A stretch of DNA of 64,000 nucleotides, taken from the NCBI RefSeq assembly GCF_009914755.1, contig NC_060932.1; one strand, 5' to 3'. The notes beneath the pieces were generated by a model. That model searched no databases, had not been told where the DNA came from, and was given only the letters and a program-made list of their open reading frames with translations. This document shows, one piece after another, positions 43,219-57,863 of the stretch (the first letter of the stretch is position 1; each line of letters begins with the position of its first letter). A program made the position numbers and the translations under genes. Source of the stretch: the human T2T-CHM13v2.0 reference genome, Homo sapiens.

Positions 43219-44739
43219 TTTGTGCTAATTCAAATACTATTTATCTTTTGTTTCACAGGTCAGAAGTGAACCAGTTTATTCTCATTTAAATTCGATTGTT
43301 TCAATCAATGAGCCAGACAATGGTTCTCTTTTCTAGGGTGTGTATAGTCAATAGTTTTATTTCTGGAGCTGGCTTTTATTGAAGATAATCTTCAATACTA
43401 TTAATTCAAGCAGGCCTCAATTCAGTAATACCTACCATGCACAAAATATTGCTTTACGCAGAATTCCTTGCTCCAAAGCTTGTCAGTGCTCTTCATAAGA
43501 CACTTGGAGTGTCCAAATTTGGGGAAATGGGTGGAAGCACCTATGTTGCCGTCTGGAGGATTCTCATACACACATAACATTACTGGCTTTATTTCCTGTG
43601 TTCTTTTATTTATATTTTAATTGCATTACCAATATATGTTTCTGTCAGTTCATACAGCTCTTATTTGATGACTGATCAATTTGAACTTTCAATATAGGTA
43701 TCCTGTCCCTAGAAAACGGTAATTCTGTCATTTAAAAATTTGTTCGTAATAGATCTAAGCACTATGAAATCAAATCTATTTATTGAATATCCACAGGCTG
43801 GACAATTGCACACCTAGATACGTATACTCCGTGCTCAAGGAACATGACTTCCCCAAACGAATAAGCAGAAGAATCTGATACAGCCAGAAACACAATGCAG
43901 AGTTTACCGCTGGGCATAACAGCAGATCAGTAACATGGCTGGGTGGCTACTGGCCAGGGCATATCCAGTTTCGTGTAATAGGAGGTGGATGAATACAGGT
44001 TAGTAATGCCAAACAGGGCTTAGGCAAAAGCCAAGTGAAGTCCACAGTCCAGAGAAAGCAAAGCATTTGCAGCTACTATTTAACATTTCTTCTGAAAACA
44101 ATACACGTGGCTTCTAAGCCTAGGATGCTGGAATTAATATTTAATGTGGAAAGCATTGCTAAAAGTGATTGTATAGCTATCAGGTATAAATAATAATTTC
44201 CACCTCTGCTAATAATTTGTAGCTCATTTAGGTTGTCATACTTGTGTAGCAGCAGTTTATAGGCGCACTTACTGTAATAGCATGTTGATTCAACTATGTT
44301 GGAATTACTCATTCAATCTATCTTCCAGTTCTACACTATTATGAAGTTCTAAATATTTCGAATACTAATAGGCCTCTATTAGTCAACAGCTCAGTGGCTA
44401 CCTATCTGTCTTCTTTCCTTTTTTTTTTTGTTTTGAATTATTAGGAAGGCTGATTAAAATCAACTTTCCACATACTTCAAGTGAACCCATGAGCTTATGA
44501 TAAGGAGTTAGCAAGCACATAGACCACAGAACTGGGATTTACTTGGAATTTGATGGGAAAGTAAGCCAACTAAAAATTATTATAAAAATATAGAGAAAAA
44601 AGTGTTTTCAATATGACACATCACTAACATTAACATTTCTCTTCCTACTTGGTATGTTATTTCTATGAAGGTTCATCTACCATAGACAGAAATAAGCACG
44701 TGCTTTCCTTTGTAAGTAGGAAAAACTTCTAAAAGTTCA

Positions 44740-45500
<761 letters not shown>

Positions 45501-46049
45501 CAAGTGCTATTTCCTTTTGGTGATTATGTAGTTTTGTCCCTAGGATCTCATATCTTTCAAACAAAGCTCCAAAATCCCTGGGCTAGACATCTTTGCCAGC
45601 TTCCCTGAGGACCAGTTGTCTGCTTATGTGCTTTTCCTACCCAGCCTGGGTGGCACTTGCTGTCATGGTAAAGGGGAAAAAGATGGTCAGGTTAAATAAA
45701 GCCTCTGGGGTGACCTTCCTACCTCCTATCTTCCAGAACTGTTTGAGAGTCACTCCAATATTTGCCCAAGAGTTACCCTTATTAACCTGTTTAGGTTACA
45801 GTCCTACCAGGTCAAACCCAGGGTATAATCAACCTCTTTAAATAAATCATAATAGTAAACATCATGCAGCATTCCCTATTTGTCAGCCACTGTTCAGCCT
45901 GTATATTCATTAACTCAGTTACTCCTCTTAAGTCTATGAGGTCAATATTACTCTCTTCATTTTTTTAGGGATGAGGAAACAGCCACAGAGAGGTAAAGTG
46001 AAGTAAGTGGTGGGGTTTGGATTTCCACCCAGGCAGCTGGCACTACAGT

Positions 46050-46418
46050 ATGTATGTGTTACGACAGTGATTCTATCTCCACAATATTCATATGTTGAAG
46101 CCCTACCCCTCGACATGATAGTATTTGGAGATGAAGTCTTTGGGAGGTAGTTAGGTTTCGATGAGGTCATGAAGGTAGAGCCCCCAGGATAGCATTTGTG
46201 TCTTATAAGAAGAAGAGACACCAGAGCCTCCTCTCTCTACCGTGTGAGGACACAGCAAAAGGTAGCTATGTGCAAGCCAGGAAGAGGACCTTCAACCAAA
46301 AACTGAATCTGCCAGGACCTTGATCTTGGACTTCCCTGCCTCTAGAACTGTGAGAAATAAATGTTGTTTATGCCACAAGTCTGATATTTTGTTATAGTAG
46401 CCTGAGCAGACTAAGACA
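46050..46418 (+). mobile_element. MLT1A-type MaLR LTR
   Basis: attcatatgttgaagcccta...gatgaggtcatgaagg...cttggacttccctgcctctagaactgtgagaaataaa...gcagactaagaca. Confidence 0.88.
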
Positions 46419-47574
46419 GCGGTTTTCTGTTTTTATTTTATATTTGCTTGCAATCAGCTTTCTTAGGTTGAATAAGACAACATTTTTATCCAGTATACTG
46501 GGGAGGGAGGTTGGTAAGAATTAGGCAAGTAGAGAGGGTACCAGGCATGTGAGCTGCAGTTTCGCATAGGGCTAATTCTTCCGGGAGACAGGAATACCAA
46601 AAGCTGGAGGCCAGCTTGGTAGCAGGAGGCCCACCTGGGTGAGCTTGGGGTATGCTGTGGCATTGCAAATAGGCACATGAATCTCAGGCCTAGGCTAACA
46701 TAGCGTTTCCTGACACCATCCTATGGTGGTTCCTACTGTACTTCCAGCCATAATTGTTTCAACAGCTCTGTATGTTCTAGCCTTCTAGTGACAGACATCA
46801 GAGGCTCTAGCTAAGCAGTCATAGGGAAAATGGACACTGACAACAGTCCCAGTGGCAGTGATGATTCTGACAGTAGCAGCAGTGGCAACAGGAGTCAATA
46901 GTGGCAAATGGCAGCGGTCTCATGGATATTGGGGTTAGTGATGTTTTTGTCACATCCACTAAGAATAGAGAAACCCACTATGAATGGGAGGTCAGGGGTA
47001 AACTCTGTATCAGGAAAGGAAAATGTATAGATACATGCAAAAAAATTTTGTATATTATTTCAGTGGGTTAACAGATTCTTTGAAATTGATCCATAACCTC
47101 CAGCAGGTTAAAGACTCACTGCTTTAAAGAAACTTGAGGGAGTACCTGTGGAGTTCAAAATATATAACCTGTCTTTAAAGGTCCTGTGATAAAGGACAGA
47201 ACACCAGTGTGACTGTTTTATAAGGTTTTCCAGGGGATACGAGAAACTACCAACTACTGAGGCTCAGATTTTTTACTTTTTATGCTGGAGAAATTAAAAG
47301 GGTGGGGCCACAAAACACTAAGTGAACTACATGACTTCCATAAAAGCAAATTATGTCTGATTCATCTATTATAATTTTGAGGATGTAAATATGCATGTGG
47401 GAAAAGGGGAAGCAGTGAAGGTAATGGCTCACAGCACCCACTGTCTCTATCGATGCATAACTATAGTATCTAGCAGGACAGACCACAAACAACACCCAAA
47501 GCAATTCAAATTGTGAAAAGTAGTACATTGAAGGTAATCTCTTTAGTCTTTAAAAATGCCCTTAACAAATGCTC

Positions 47575-47969
47575 TGCTATGGTTTGAATTTGCTCCCCAC
47601 AAAGTCCACGTGTTGGAAACTTAATCCCCAATGCAACAATGTTCGGAGGTGAGACCTTTAAGAGGTGTTTGGGTCATGAGGGCTCAGCCCTCAGGAATGG
47701 ATTAATGCTGTTATTGTGAGAGTGGGTTAGTTATCCCAGGAGTGGGTTCCTGAGGAAAAGGACGAGTTTGGCCCTACTACCTCCCTCTCTTGTGTACTCT
47801 CTAACCATGTGATGCCTTCCGGCACTTTATGACACAGCAACAAGGCCCTCACCAGATACAGCCCCTCCATCTTGGACTTCCCAGCCTCCAAAACTGTAAG
47901 CCAAATAAAATTCTATTGTTTGTAAATACCCAGGTATTCTGTTATAGCAATATAAACCAGACAAAGATA
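47575..47969 (+). mobile_element. MSTD-like MaLR solo LTR
   Basis: tgctatggtttgaat...gttggaaacttaatccccaatgcaaca...cagacaaagata. 5-bp TSD-like tgctc / ggctc. Confidence 0.88.
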
Positions 47970-48314
47970 GGCTCAATCTTATAGACTATTTTTTTTAAAA
48001 AGGGAATTAGCATGAAATTGAAGGAAACTTTCATAGAGAACCAGTTTAGAGACGGAGGGAAAGTGGAAATGAATGGGCACATCTCCCCAGAGACATGTCA
48101 AAAACTGAGTTCCTGTAGAACTGCTGCTTAGGATCATTTTATAAATGTTCTGGAGCAGGGCACAGGAAAATGTTTGGATCTGTTGATGATCCTGACTTCT
48201 CACCTGATGAGGATAGATTTCAGAAGATATTTTAAGATTATACTAAATGGATAGTATGTTGGTGTGTTTTAATGTGGGAAAATGTGAGGTAATGAATAAA
48301 AAAAAAAGTATCAC

Positions 48315-48395
48315 CAGTGAGCCGAGATCGTGCCATTGCACTCCAGCCTGGGCAACAAGAGTGAAACTCTGTGTCAAAAAACAGAAAAAAAAGAA
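48315..48395 (+). mobile_element. Alu 3'-end fragment (AluSp/Sq-like) with A tail
   Basis: cagtgagccgagatcgtgccattgcactccagcctgggcaacaagagtgaaactc. Confidence 0.9.
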
Positions 48396-48440
48396 ATTAG
48401 CTCTTTAATCCATTTTGAGTTAATTTTTGTAGATGGTTGA

Positions 48441-48729
<289 letters not shown>

Positions 48730-51194
48730 ATCATTTAAAAAATTAAATGACGTTAAAAAGACAATTCTTGAATTGTTTTGTCACCCTTGTTCACAATCAG
48801 TTGACTGTAATGGGAAACTCACTTCTAGTAATGATGTTGGATATTTGTTTTTCATACTGTTGACGTGTTACTGAGTTTATTGCCACCTAAATCCCCTAAG
48901 TGTTTCATAGGTGTTGCTGTTAAACCAAGTCTCCCCATCTTGCCCTTGTGCAGGTGGTAACTGCGGCTCGAATTATAGATTTCATCTTTATTCCTCTTAA
49001 ATGTCACCTTTTCAGTTCAGCTGGTCATTCCACTAAGTTGGGAACTTTAGGATGTGGAGTCTGATGTCTTTTCCACGTTTGTATCATCTACATCTTCAGT
49101 TTTTCTTATCAGTCATAAAATATTTGATAAAATTCGTATCAGGCAACTTGAACTAAGTATTCATGAATAAGACAAGGCACCTGCCGTATGGAGGAAGCAG
49201 GGAGAAGAGAGATAATGCAGAAGTAAACTAATGAGCAAGATAACTTCAAATGGTGAGCTTCTTCAGCCACAGGTCATTCAGGGGAATCCCCTTAATCTAC
49301 ACATTTCTTTTTATAGCAATTATTTCTTCGCTGTCATCTTAGAAGCTGGCTGTGTCTAAATGTCATTGTTTAAGATTGATTTCAGCAAAGTGCTTCACTC
49401 TGAAATTGACCCTCCTTGTATCTGATGCTGACATCGAGTAGAATATCCTCTTCAGCACCCCTCAGGCATGCACTACAGGGATGGGTTGTTTTGGGTTCTA
49501 GAAGAATACACTGCAATCCTAAAATGATTACTTTAACTTGATACGTTACACAGGGCATGCTAACACTGCTGCTACTTTTTCCTGTATACTTAATACCAGC
49601 TGTCTTGGGTGTTGGTCCACATTCTTTTACCATCAGCTGCAGCATTATACACATGCTCTCCTTCTCCGTAACAAGCGCGATCTTGCAGAGAATTTGTAGA
49701 GCCAAATCAGAGTAACAGTTGACTTAGCAGGAAGTCCTACTGAGGCCAAGGGAAATGAAATGTACCAGAGGAAAAACCTTTTCCTGACTCTTGATCATCT
49801 CTTGAGATGAAAGTCTATCAATACTGATGAAAAGCAGCTGTATCCCTAGAGCTGAACACAATGCCTGACATGTAGCATCCAACAAATATTTGTTGAACGA
49901 AATGAAAGAATGAAAAATTCTGCACTATTCAAAAGTTTTGCCTCTTCTGAAGATTCTTGTAGTCATGAGACTCTTTTTCGAAAGTTCATTTGAGTATCAA
50001 ACCTTCCTTTTTTTGTCTGATTTTGTTTTTAATTCCTTCTTGATCAATAAACCATTGACTACTACCAAGGCTCTGAGGTGGTATTAGAAACCTCCAGGAA
50101 GCTCTTGGTACCTCTAGGCAAGCATGAATCATTACATGGCATTACTGAATACTCTAATGATCTCCTCCTCCGGCCTCCTTTGTGTGCCTTTGATCTTTTC
50201 CTTCCTAGCTTCACATATTTACATTGGCAGTTTTCCTCAAGAAAAGATAGCTCAAAAATTGAATTTCTCTTAGCGACCATTAGTTTCTATTTGACTGATA
50301 AGTCACCTTCTAAGTGCAATTTTAGGTAACACACTGGTCCCATTTTAAGTCACATGGCGGCGGTAAGTTGGGGAGAGGGTGGCAAGAGGCAGGTAGGGCC
50401 AGGATTGTGATCTTTCAGTATAAATATTTTGTTTGGCACAAAATCACTCTATCACCACTAGTCTTTCTTTTCTGCCATTTTGCCTCCATGCATACAAGCA
50501 GAAGTCAGATTTAATATTCATCAATTCAACTGATTCCATGGAAACAATAGTGATTTCTAAGATTAAAAAGAATTATGGATCCATACTGATCACATTTCTT
50601 GGCTGCAAAAACCAAAACTCTGACCCATCAAATTAAATTACTCATTAAAATACAGGCCAAATAACTATACTCTGCATTCAGGTACTGATATCTATCAGAT
50701 GGGACAGGGAATGAAATAATATTGCAAAAAAATAATTCACTTCCCCGTTTTCATGAGCAGAAATACAGGATGCATTTTCGGACACTATTAATGTATAAGC
50801 CCACACAAAATGTGAATTAAATTATTGCCCTTGTCCTTTGTTTTCAATGTAACACTACCTGAAATGGATGTATTTGCTGCTTCCCAAAGTGAACGTTTTA
50901 TTCTTTTTCTTCTGAGAAAGATACTGAGATTCAACAGGGGGCTCCACAAGCCTCAGAGCAGGTTCCAGAGAGCTCAGTGCTTTGGGACAATATTCCCTGG
51001 CAGCAACTTATTTATGGCAGTGGTTTTGCTATTTGGATTGGACTGGCATATTCCTAAGCCCTCTGTATTGTGTCTTCCAATTTCTGTTTTGGGGATGTGA
51101 AGCTACGTGGGAGCATGAGGCCCAAGGAAGTGGGTGGGGCCAGAGGTTCCCTATTCTACTGCCCAGTCTTGCTTGTAAGATTGGTCTGATCCTG

Positions 51195-51689
<495 letters not shown>

Positions 51690-53911
51690 TTAGAGATGAA
51701 CAGATGGATCCCTCCTGACTCCTGTTCTACCAACACCTTTGGAGGGGCTCCCTTAACATTATCTAACTGCCTTCATCCTTCATCATAGACACCACGTACA
51801 GGAGCATTAAATCAAGTCATATGACATATTGGAATTATGGGAGTTAACTTCAAAGGCCTTGGTGCTCACAGGTCAAGAAACATTTGAATTTTCTCCAACA
51901 CTTAGCAGGATCAATCTTCTGCCCAGCCTGCTTTCTAAAGCACTTCTTTCTCTTGATAGGGTCAAAGGAAATCAGGTCACTTAAACAGAAATCAGCAACT
52001 CACAAAAGGAATCATAGTTCATCTGTGACCCTCTATCCTTGCATCGTCCCAAGACATCTCTTAGCCTTCTAGCACCTGGAGCCCAAGTCATTTAAAAGAC
52101 ATTTACCATTCCTAAACATTATAACTGATACTGACTGTGCATAGGAAGCTTATGATGTCAGGATCTGATCTACAGAAAGTTTTTGGATAGATGTCTAATT
52201 GCATGTTCAGAAAACTTCTAATACATGTTAAGTCCTTTAAACTGTTTTTGTTCATAACTTAGCAAGTTCAAGCAAAATAGTTCCATTTTTGGCACTGGTC
52301 TCTGTTCTCTATCTTTGGGATTGCACGTCTGTTCCTAAAATCTGAAAACAAGAACTCAAGAATCTATTCAGACTGGGATTATACTATTCATCAGTTTTAA
52401 CCTACTGAAGGAGCTTTATATTAAATTCTACATGGAGGGCATATGCTGTCAGAAACAATACCTAAGTGCTGCTCAGCAAGATTTGTTACTTGCTGCTATT
52501 CACTGTCAGCTTCCTCTGTAGGTTTGGTTTATCTGCCTCAGGGAAAGCTAAGAAAGGCCAATTAAAACACTGCTTAAACTTTATCACACTTCCATTTTTA
52601 AGTTGCAAAGGCACTCTATACTCTTTAAATAGCTCCAGTATTTAAAGCCTCTCTGACACTTTTAGCTAATGTAAAACCTTGGCAGGGAAAGATTTAAGTA
52701 GAAAATACATGTGTGAAATGTCTTAAATCCAACTGTAGTCCACCCATCACTTCATGGTCATTGCATCAACAGCAGGGCTGTTATGTACCACTGTGAGATG
52801 TTCAACTCTCTGGTTGCTCTGCCACACCACCATTCACACATGCAGTACCACTTACTCATTTTATAATTTCTTCTGTAAATATTCACTGGTTCCTACTATG
52901 TGCAAGTTCATGCCAGGCACTGAGGATGCAGCGAGCTGCATTCCTGAAGCTTATATTTTAGAAGGATAAAATGGGGCAAACAGAGACTCTGCAGACTGCA
53001 AAACTGGGTTGAAGTTCTGTTTTTCTACTTATTCCGTAACTCAATTTTCTCAACTACAAATGGAAATAGTAATACCTGCTTCCTAGGGCGTTGTGAGATT
53101 CGAGAGAGAATGTGCACAAAAACCTTTGCTGCCTCCCTCTTCCTCTTTGCCAATCTGAACTCTAGGTTCTTTTGCTTCTGTTTCTGCAAGTTCTTGCCAA
53201 TGCATTCCCTGCTTTTTAAGTCCCCTTTCCTAGGTTCTGTCCTCTTGTTGGGATTATTACCAGTTGGCTAGCTGGTCTACCACTAGTTTTTTTCTCCTTT
53301 TTTACTTTAATCAATTCTTCAAACTGCCTCCTAGTGATCTTGTTGAAATGTAGCTCTCATCATGACACTGCTCCCTTTATAAACTAAATCTTTGATGACT
53401 CTATATTACTTACTGAATGAAAGCTAAACCTCTTAGCATGCCATTCGAGGCCATTCATCAGCTAATTCCCATCTAGAACTGTCTCCTTCTCTCTCACATA
53501 TTTACAGAGCTGAACTTGCATACAAATGTGTTAGTGTGCAAAGGTGCATTTTTCTAGGTTAAGGCTTCAGAGCATTCAACGAATTCTCAAATGAACCCAA
53601 AATGCTTAAAACCTGCTAAGCTGTGCCTTCCTCGTTTTTGTCTCCACCTTCCAATGATCCCGTGCTCTAGGGTTTTAGCTACTCCATAAGATTTTTCATC
53701 ATTTTATTAAAGTCAGTATGGTTTATGATTTTCTTTGTGGTACTCACTCTATCTAGAATGTCCAAACCCCCAGCTTGGCTTATTGAAATTCTGCTTTCTC
53801 TTCAAGGTTATCTCAAATGCCATGTTCTCCAGAAAGTAACACTGATATCCTCCATCAAAATTAATTAATCTCTATATCATGCCCCCTAATGCTTTGAACT
53901 TTTATTATCTT

Positions 53912-54386
53912 ACTGTGGAAGGCTAAATCATTCTTCTCTGTTTCTCACTCCTCCCTGTCTCCATCCCCTTTATCAGCTAACATTGTAGTTTCTCCCTCTA
54001 GAGGTAGAGTATTCTTCCTCACCAGTTGTTGTTGGGGTTGGCTAGGGACTTGCTTCAGCCCGTAAAATTGGACAGACAGGATGGTGTGCCTGTTCTGAAT
54101 CTAGGCTTCATGGAGCATCACATGTTTCTGTTTGCCCCTCTTGCACTTCTGCCATTGTTATGAGAAGAACACGCCTGGGCTGGCTTGCTGATCCAAGGCA
54201 GATGAGAGTCATGAGGAGTGAACCTAAACCCAAACTGCAGTTTGAAGCCCAGACCTGCCAAGTCCAGTCTAGATCAACCCACCCCCAAACAACCTGCTAA
54301 TTAATAAATAAGTACGTAACTGAGGTTTTAATCCATTAAGTCGGGGGTGGCTTGCTACTCAGCATTATTATGCCAACAGCTGATAC
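53912..54386 (+). mobile_element. MLT1 (F-H-like) MaLR LTR
   Basis: ttgcacttctgccattgttatgagaagaacacgcctgggct...cagcattattatgccaacagctgataca. Confidence 0.7.
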
Positions 54387-54542
54387 AATTTTTGTACAGT
54401 TTTGTATTTTAGTTTTCCAAGTACAGTACACATCTATTCCTCTTCCCCACATGTAAAGTTCTGGTTGGCAATAACCCGTTGTCCTCATCTTTGTGTTCTT
54501 CAGTGACTTAGTCCATTTCTTGCACAGAGTGAGCACTCTACA

Positions 54543-54840
54543 TTTTTTTTCTTTTTTTTTGAGACAGGGTCTCACTCTGTTGTCCAGGCTGGAGTGCAGT
54601 GGCATGATCATGGCTTGCACTGCAGCCTCTACCTCCCAGGCTCGATCAATTCTCCACCTCAGCCTCCCTAGTAGTTGGGACTACAGGTACGTGCCACCAT
54701 GACCAGCTAATTTTTTAAATTTTTTAATTTTTTTGTAGAGATGGGGTTTTGCCATGTTGCCCAGGCTGCTCTCAAACTCCTGGGCTTAAATGATCCTCCC
54801 AAAATGCTGGGATTACAGGTGTGAGCCACTGCTCCTGGCC
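54543..54840 (-). mobile_element. AluJ
   Basis: Dimeric Alu in reverse complement. Confidence 0.92.
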
Positions 54841-57532
54841 ATCTATACATTTTTGTTGGTTTCAATTGGATAATGAACAATTTACTGAGGTTTAAAATAA
54901 ACAGAGGAAGTCATTAGTGACATCTTGATTATCATCAAAGACTACCTAGTGGGCTTCATGTGGTGGTACCAAAATAGTTTGACAAACTTCCATGAAATGC
55001 TTCCAGAAAAGATCAAAGTAACAATAACTACTATTAGTATACAAATAACTGTTAGTTACTAGGGCAATAATGGCAGGGTGGCCCTTTTCAAAATGTGCAC
55101 CGGTCAATTATCACAAAGCTTTAAGGAGCCAGGACAAAGGAGCTGCTACTCTATTGTAAGCAGCAGATTTGGGGTCTTGCACATGTACTCAGAAGGGCTT
55201 CTTGCTCCCATAAATCTTCTGTGGGGGCATTTTCTGCCTTTTCACTATGAATTTTAGTAAATTCATGGATGTTTCACACAGATGCTTGTCACTGTTTTTA
55301 GGAAATGTGTTAGGAGCTGAGGGATGGGAGAAAGCAGGTCACTGCTGCAGCTGGCAGAAGCAAGTTACTGAGCACAAGAGAAATGAGCACACTCCAGGCT
55401 GAGAACTGAATCTGCCTTCCAGCTCCGAACTGGTTTCCACATAATGGATGTGATCTTGGGAAATCATTCAGCTTACTTGAAATGGAAAGTACCGAGATTG
55501 ATGGAATGTAGTCACTGGTCTAATATTCTATACACGTTGTCTCATTTCCTCCTCACAATAACACCACGAGAAAAGTGAAGAGCTTTAAAGATGTTAATTT
55601 GTCCAAGGTCACACAGCTATTAAATGGCAAAGCCAGGATTTAAATTCGAGTCTGTCTGCCTGCCTCTAAAATCCACGCATTTCCCAGGACACTGCTTCCC
55701 ACTGCATTCCCCCTGCTGTGTGCCCCCATCACCCAGATGTGACTCCTTGGACATCAGCCTCAGTCCATGTGGCATCTGAGGTTGACAAGCTCCCTTGTAC
55801 GGAGATTTATATCTCTGCCCATCTCCTTTGGAAGTCATCCCTAAGGCTTTTAGCCAGAGCCACCAAGCCACTTCTGCTTTCTTTTTCTTTTCCTACCTGT
55901 TCTCAAAGTTTCACAGCCAAGGTCATGCAGGTTATAAGAGGATTTCTGAACTTTCTTCTCATAATGTTTATATATAGGCAATGCTAAAATATGAGGTAAA
56001 TTTCAAGACTAGTTTATGCAACAGTCTCTGTTTTGTAGCCACAGGAACTTCCTATATATACTAATAGCACTTTCTGTATTAGTCTAGAAAGTTCTATTTG
56101 AATAACTCAGCAATAGAGATGGCTAACTATCTGGGTAAGGAAAGGAATTGTTCTTCTGCTGCCCATGGCCCTTTTTTTGTTCTAAGCCACAGCAGCAGCA
56201 AGAGCTGTCAAAACCATGGATGGGTGGGCTACAGGAAACCAACAGAAATCTCCTCTCATTCCCCACGAGGGTAAAGAAGGAAATACCACAAAGAACTGTA
56301 TTCCCACAGCCCTCACCTCATCTCAGAGGGAAAACTCAGAAGCGGACCAAAGCCCCATAGTCAGCTACAGCCACTTGGAAGCTTAAATGCAACTGCCCAT
56401 TGGTTAGTCTCACCAATCTCAGTCATGCAGCCAGTCACCCAGGGAGCTCATGAAGTCACTCAGCCAACAGGCAGCCTGCCATGCCTGGGCCAGGCAGGGG
56501 CCAGGGACTTAGCACAAAGGCTGAGTTTTCAATGGCTCATCAATGGGGCCCGCAGAGTAGCACAACCGCCAGGGTCCCATTCGCATTGTGTGACCACCAC
56601 CCTTCTTGTATCACTTATCTCACCGTACTTTGATTGTGGGTCAATTGCTTACACCCTCTTCTAGCCTATAGGATCTGTGAGGGAGGAAGCACATTCTCCT
56701 TTGCTCAGCACTGTCTCCTATGCTCACTGCTCTGCCTTCAGAGTCTAATAGAGAGTATGAACTGTAGTAGATGTTTGAACAGAGATTTGCAATTTAAATG
56801 TTAAATCTGGATAAAGCTGAATTTATTTTGGAATGATGTGGTAACTTTAAGGAAATAGAGGAGAGAGCTTGAGATTCCTTTATAATAAAAAGGAAGAAAA
56901 ATGCAGATGTTCATGGTCTGAACATCTTAGATACGTGAAATGCAAACTGGGAGTTGTGGAAGGAGTGAGTGGCAGCTGGGTAGGAGAGAACATAAGTAGT
57001 CCTAGATGTTTTGCATTCGAAGTTTCACAAGAGTTTAATTAAAATATATTGATATTTATATTGTTAATCTTACTCTGCAGTATGCCTAAAGGTATTCTGA
57101 GAATTGTTTTTCAAAGGCATAATGAAATCAGAGAAATATGTAAAATTTGGTTAAAATTTTCAATTGGTTGAAAATCTGCTCAGAGTTCCTTAAAACTTTT
57201 TAATATCCACTTCCACCATATACAAAATGATTTATTATGCATTTGTAACCAAATTGACTAGGCAGTTTTTGGATGTTCTACATCATTCCTGGCTCATAGT
57301 TTATAAAACTGTTACTATTATTATTTAACACTTATAGTCCAGTGGAAGAACTGTAGTACACATGCTTGGTCAGTTAACCAAAAAAGCTATTAAAGAGGAA
57401 AACCATAAAAATGTTACATATATGGACTTTACACATTTTATTTTTAACTCAAAATTTAAATGTAATCTAGGCTAAGGTTTTAGAGGAGAGGCTTACTTAT
57501 TAAGAACATAGACTCCAAAGAAAGACTGCCTT

Positions 57533-57863
57533 GGCCAGGCGCTGTGGCTCACACCTATAATCCCAGCACTTTGGGAGGCAGAGGTAGAAGGATGGCTTGA
57601 ATCCAGGAGTTCAAGACCAGCCTGTGCAACATGGCAAGACCCTGTCTCTACAATAAATACAAAAAAACGTAGCTGGGAGTGGTGGCACATGCCTGTAGTC
57701 CCAGCTACTCTGGAGGCTGAGGAAGGAGGATTGCCTGAGTCTGGGAGACAGAGGTTTCAGTGAGCCAAGATGAGGCTACCACACTCCAGCCTGGCTGACA
57801 GAGTGAGACCCTGTCCCCACTCCAAAAAAACAAAACAAAACAAAACAAACAAACAAACAAAAA
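57533..57863 (+). mobile_element. AluJ with a (CAAAA)n tail, inserted in a MIR
   Basis: TSD aaagactgcct / aacgactgcct. The MIR core follows (cctcaatttcctcatctgtaaaacaggg). Confidence 0.92.
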
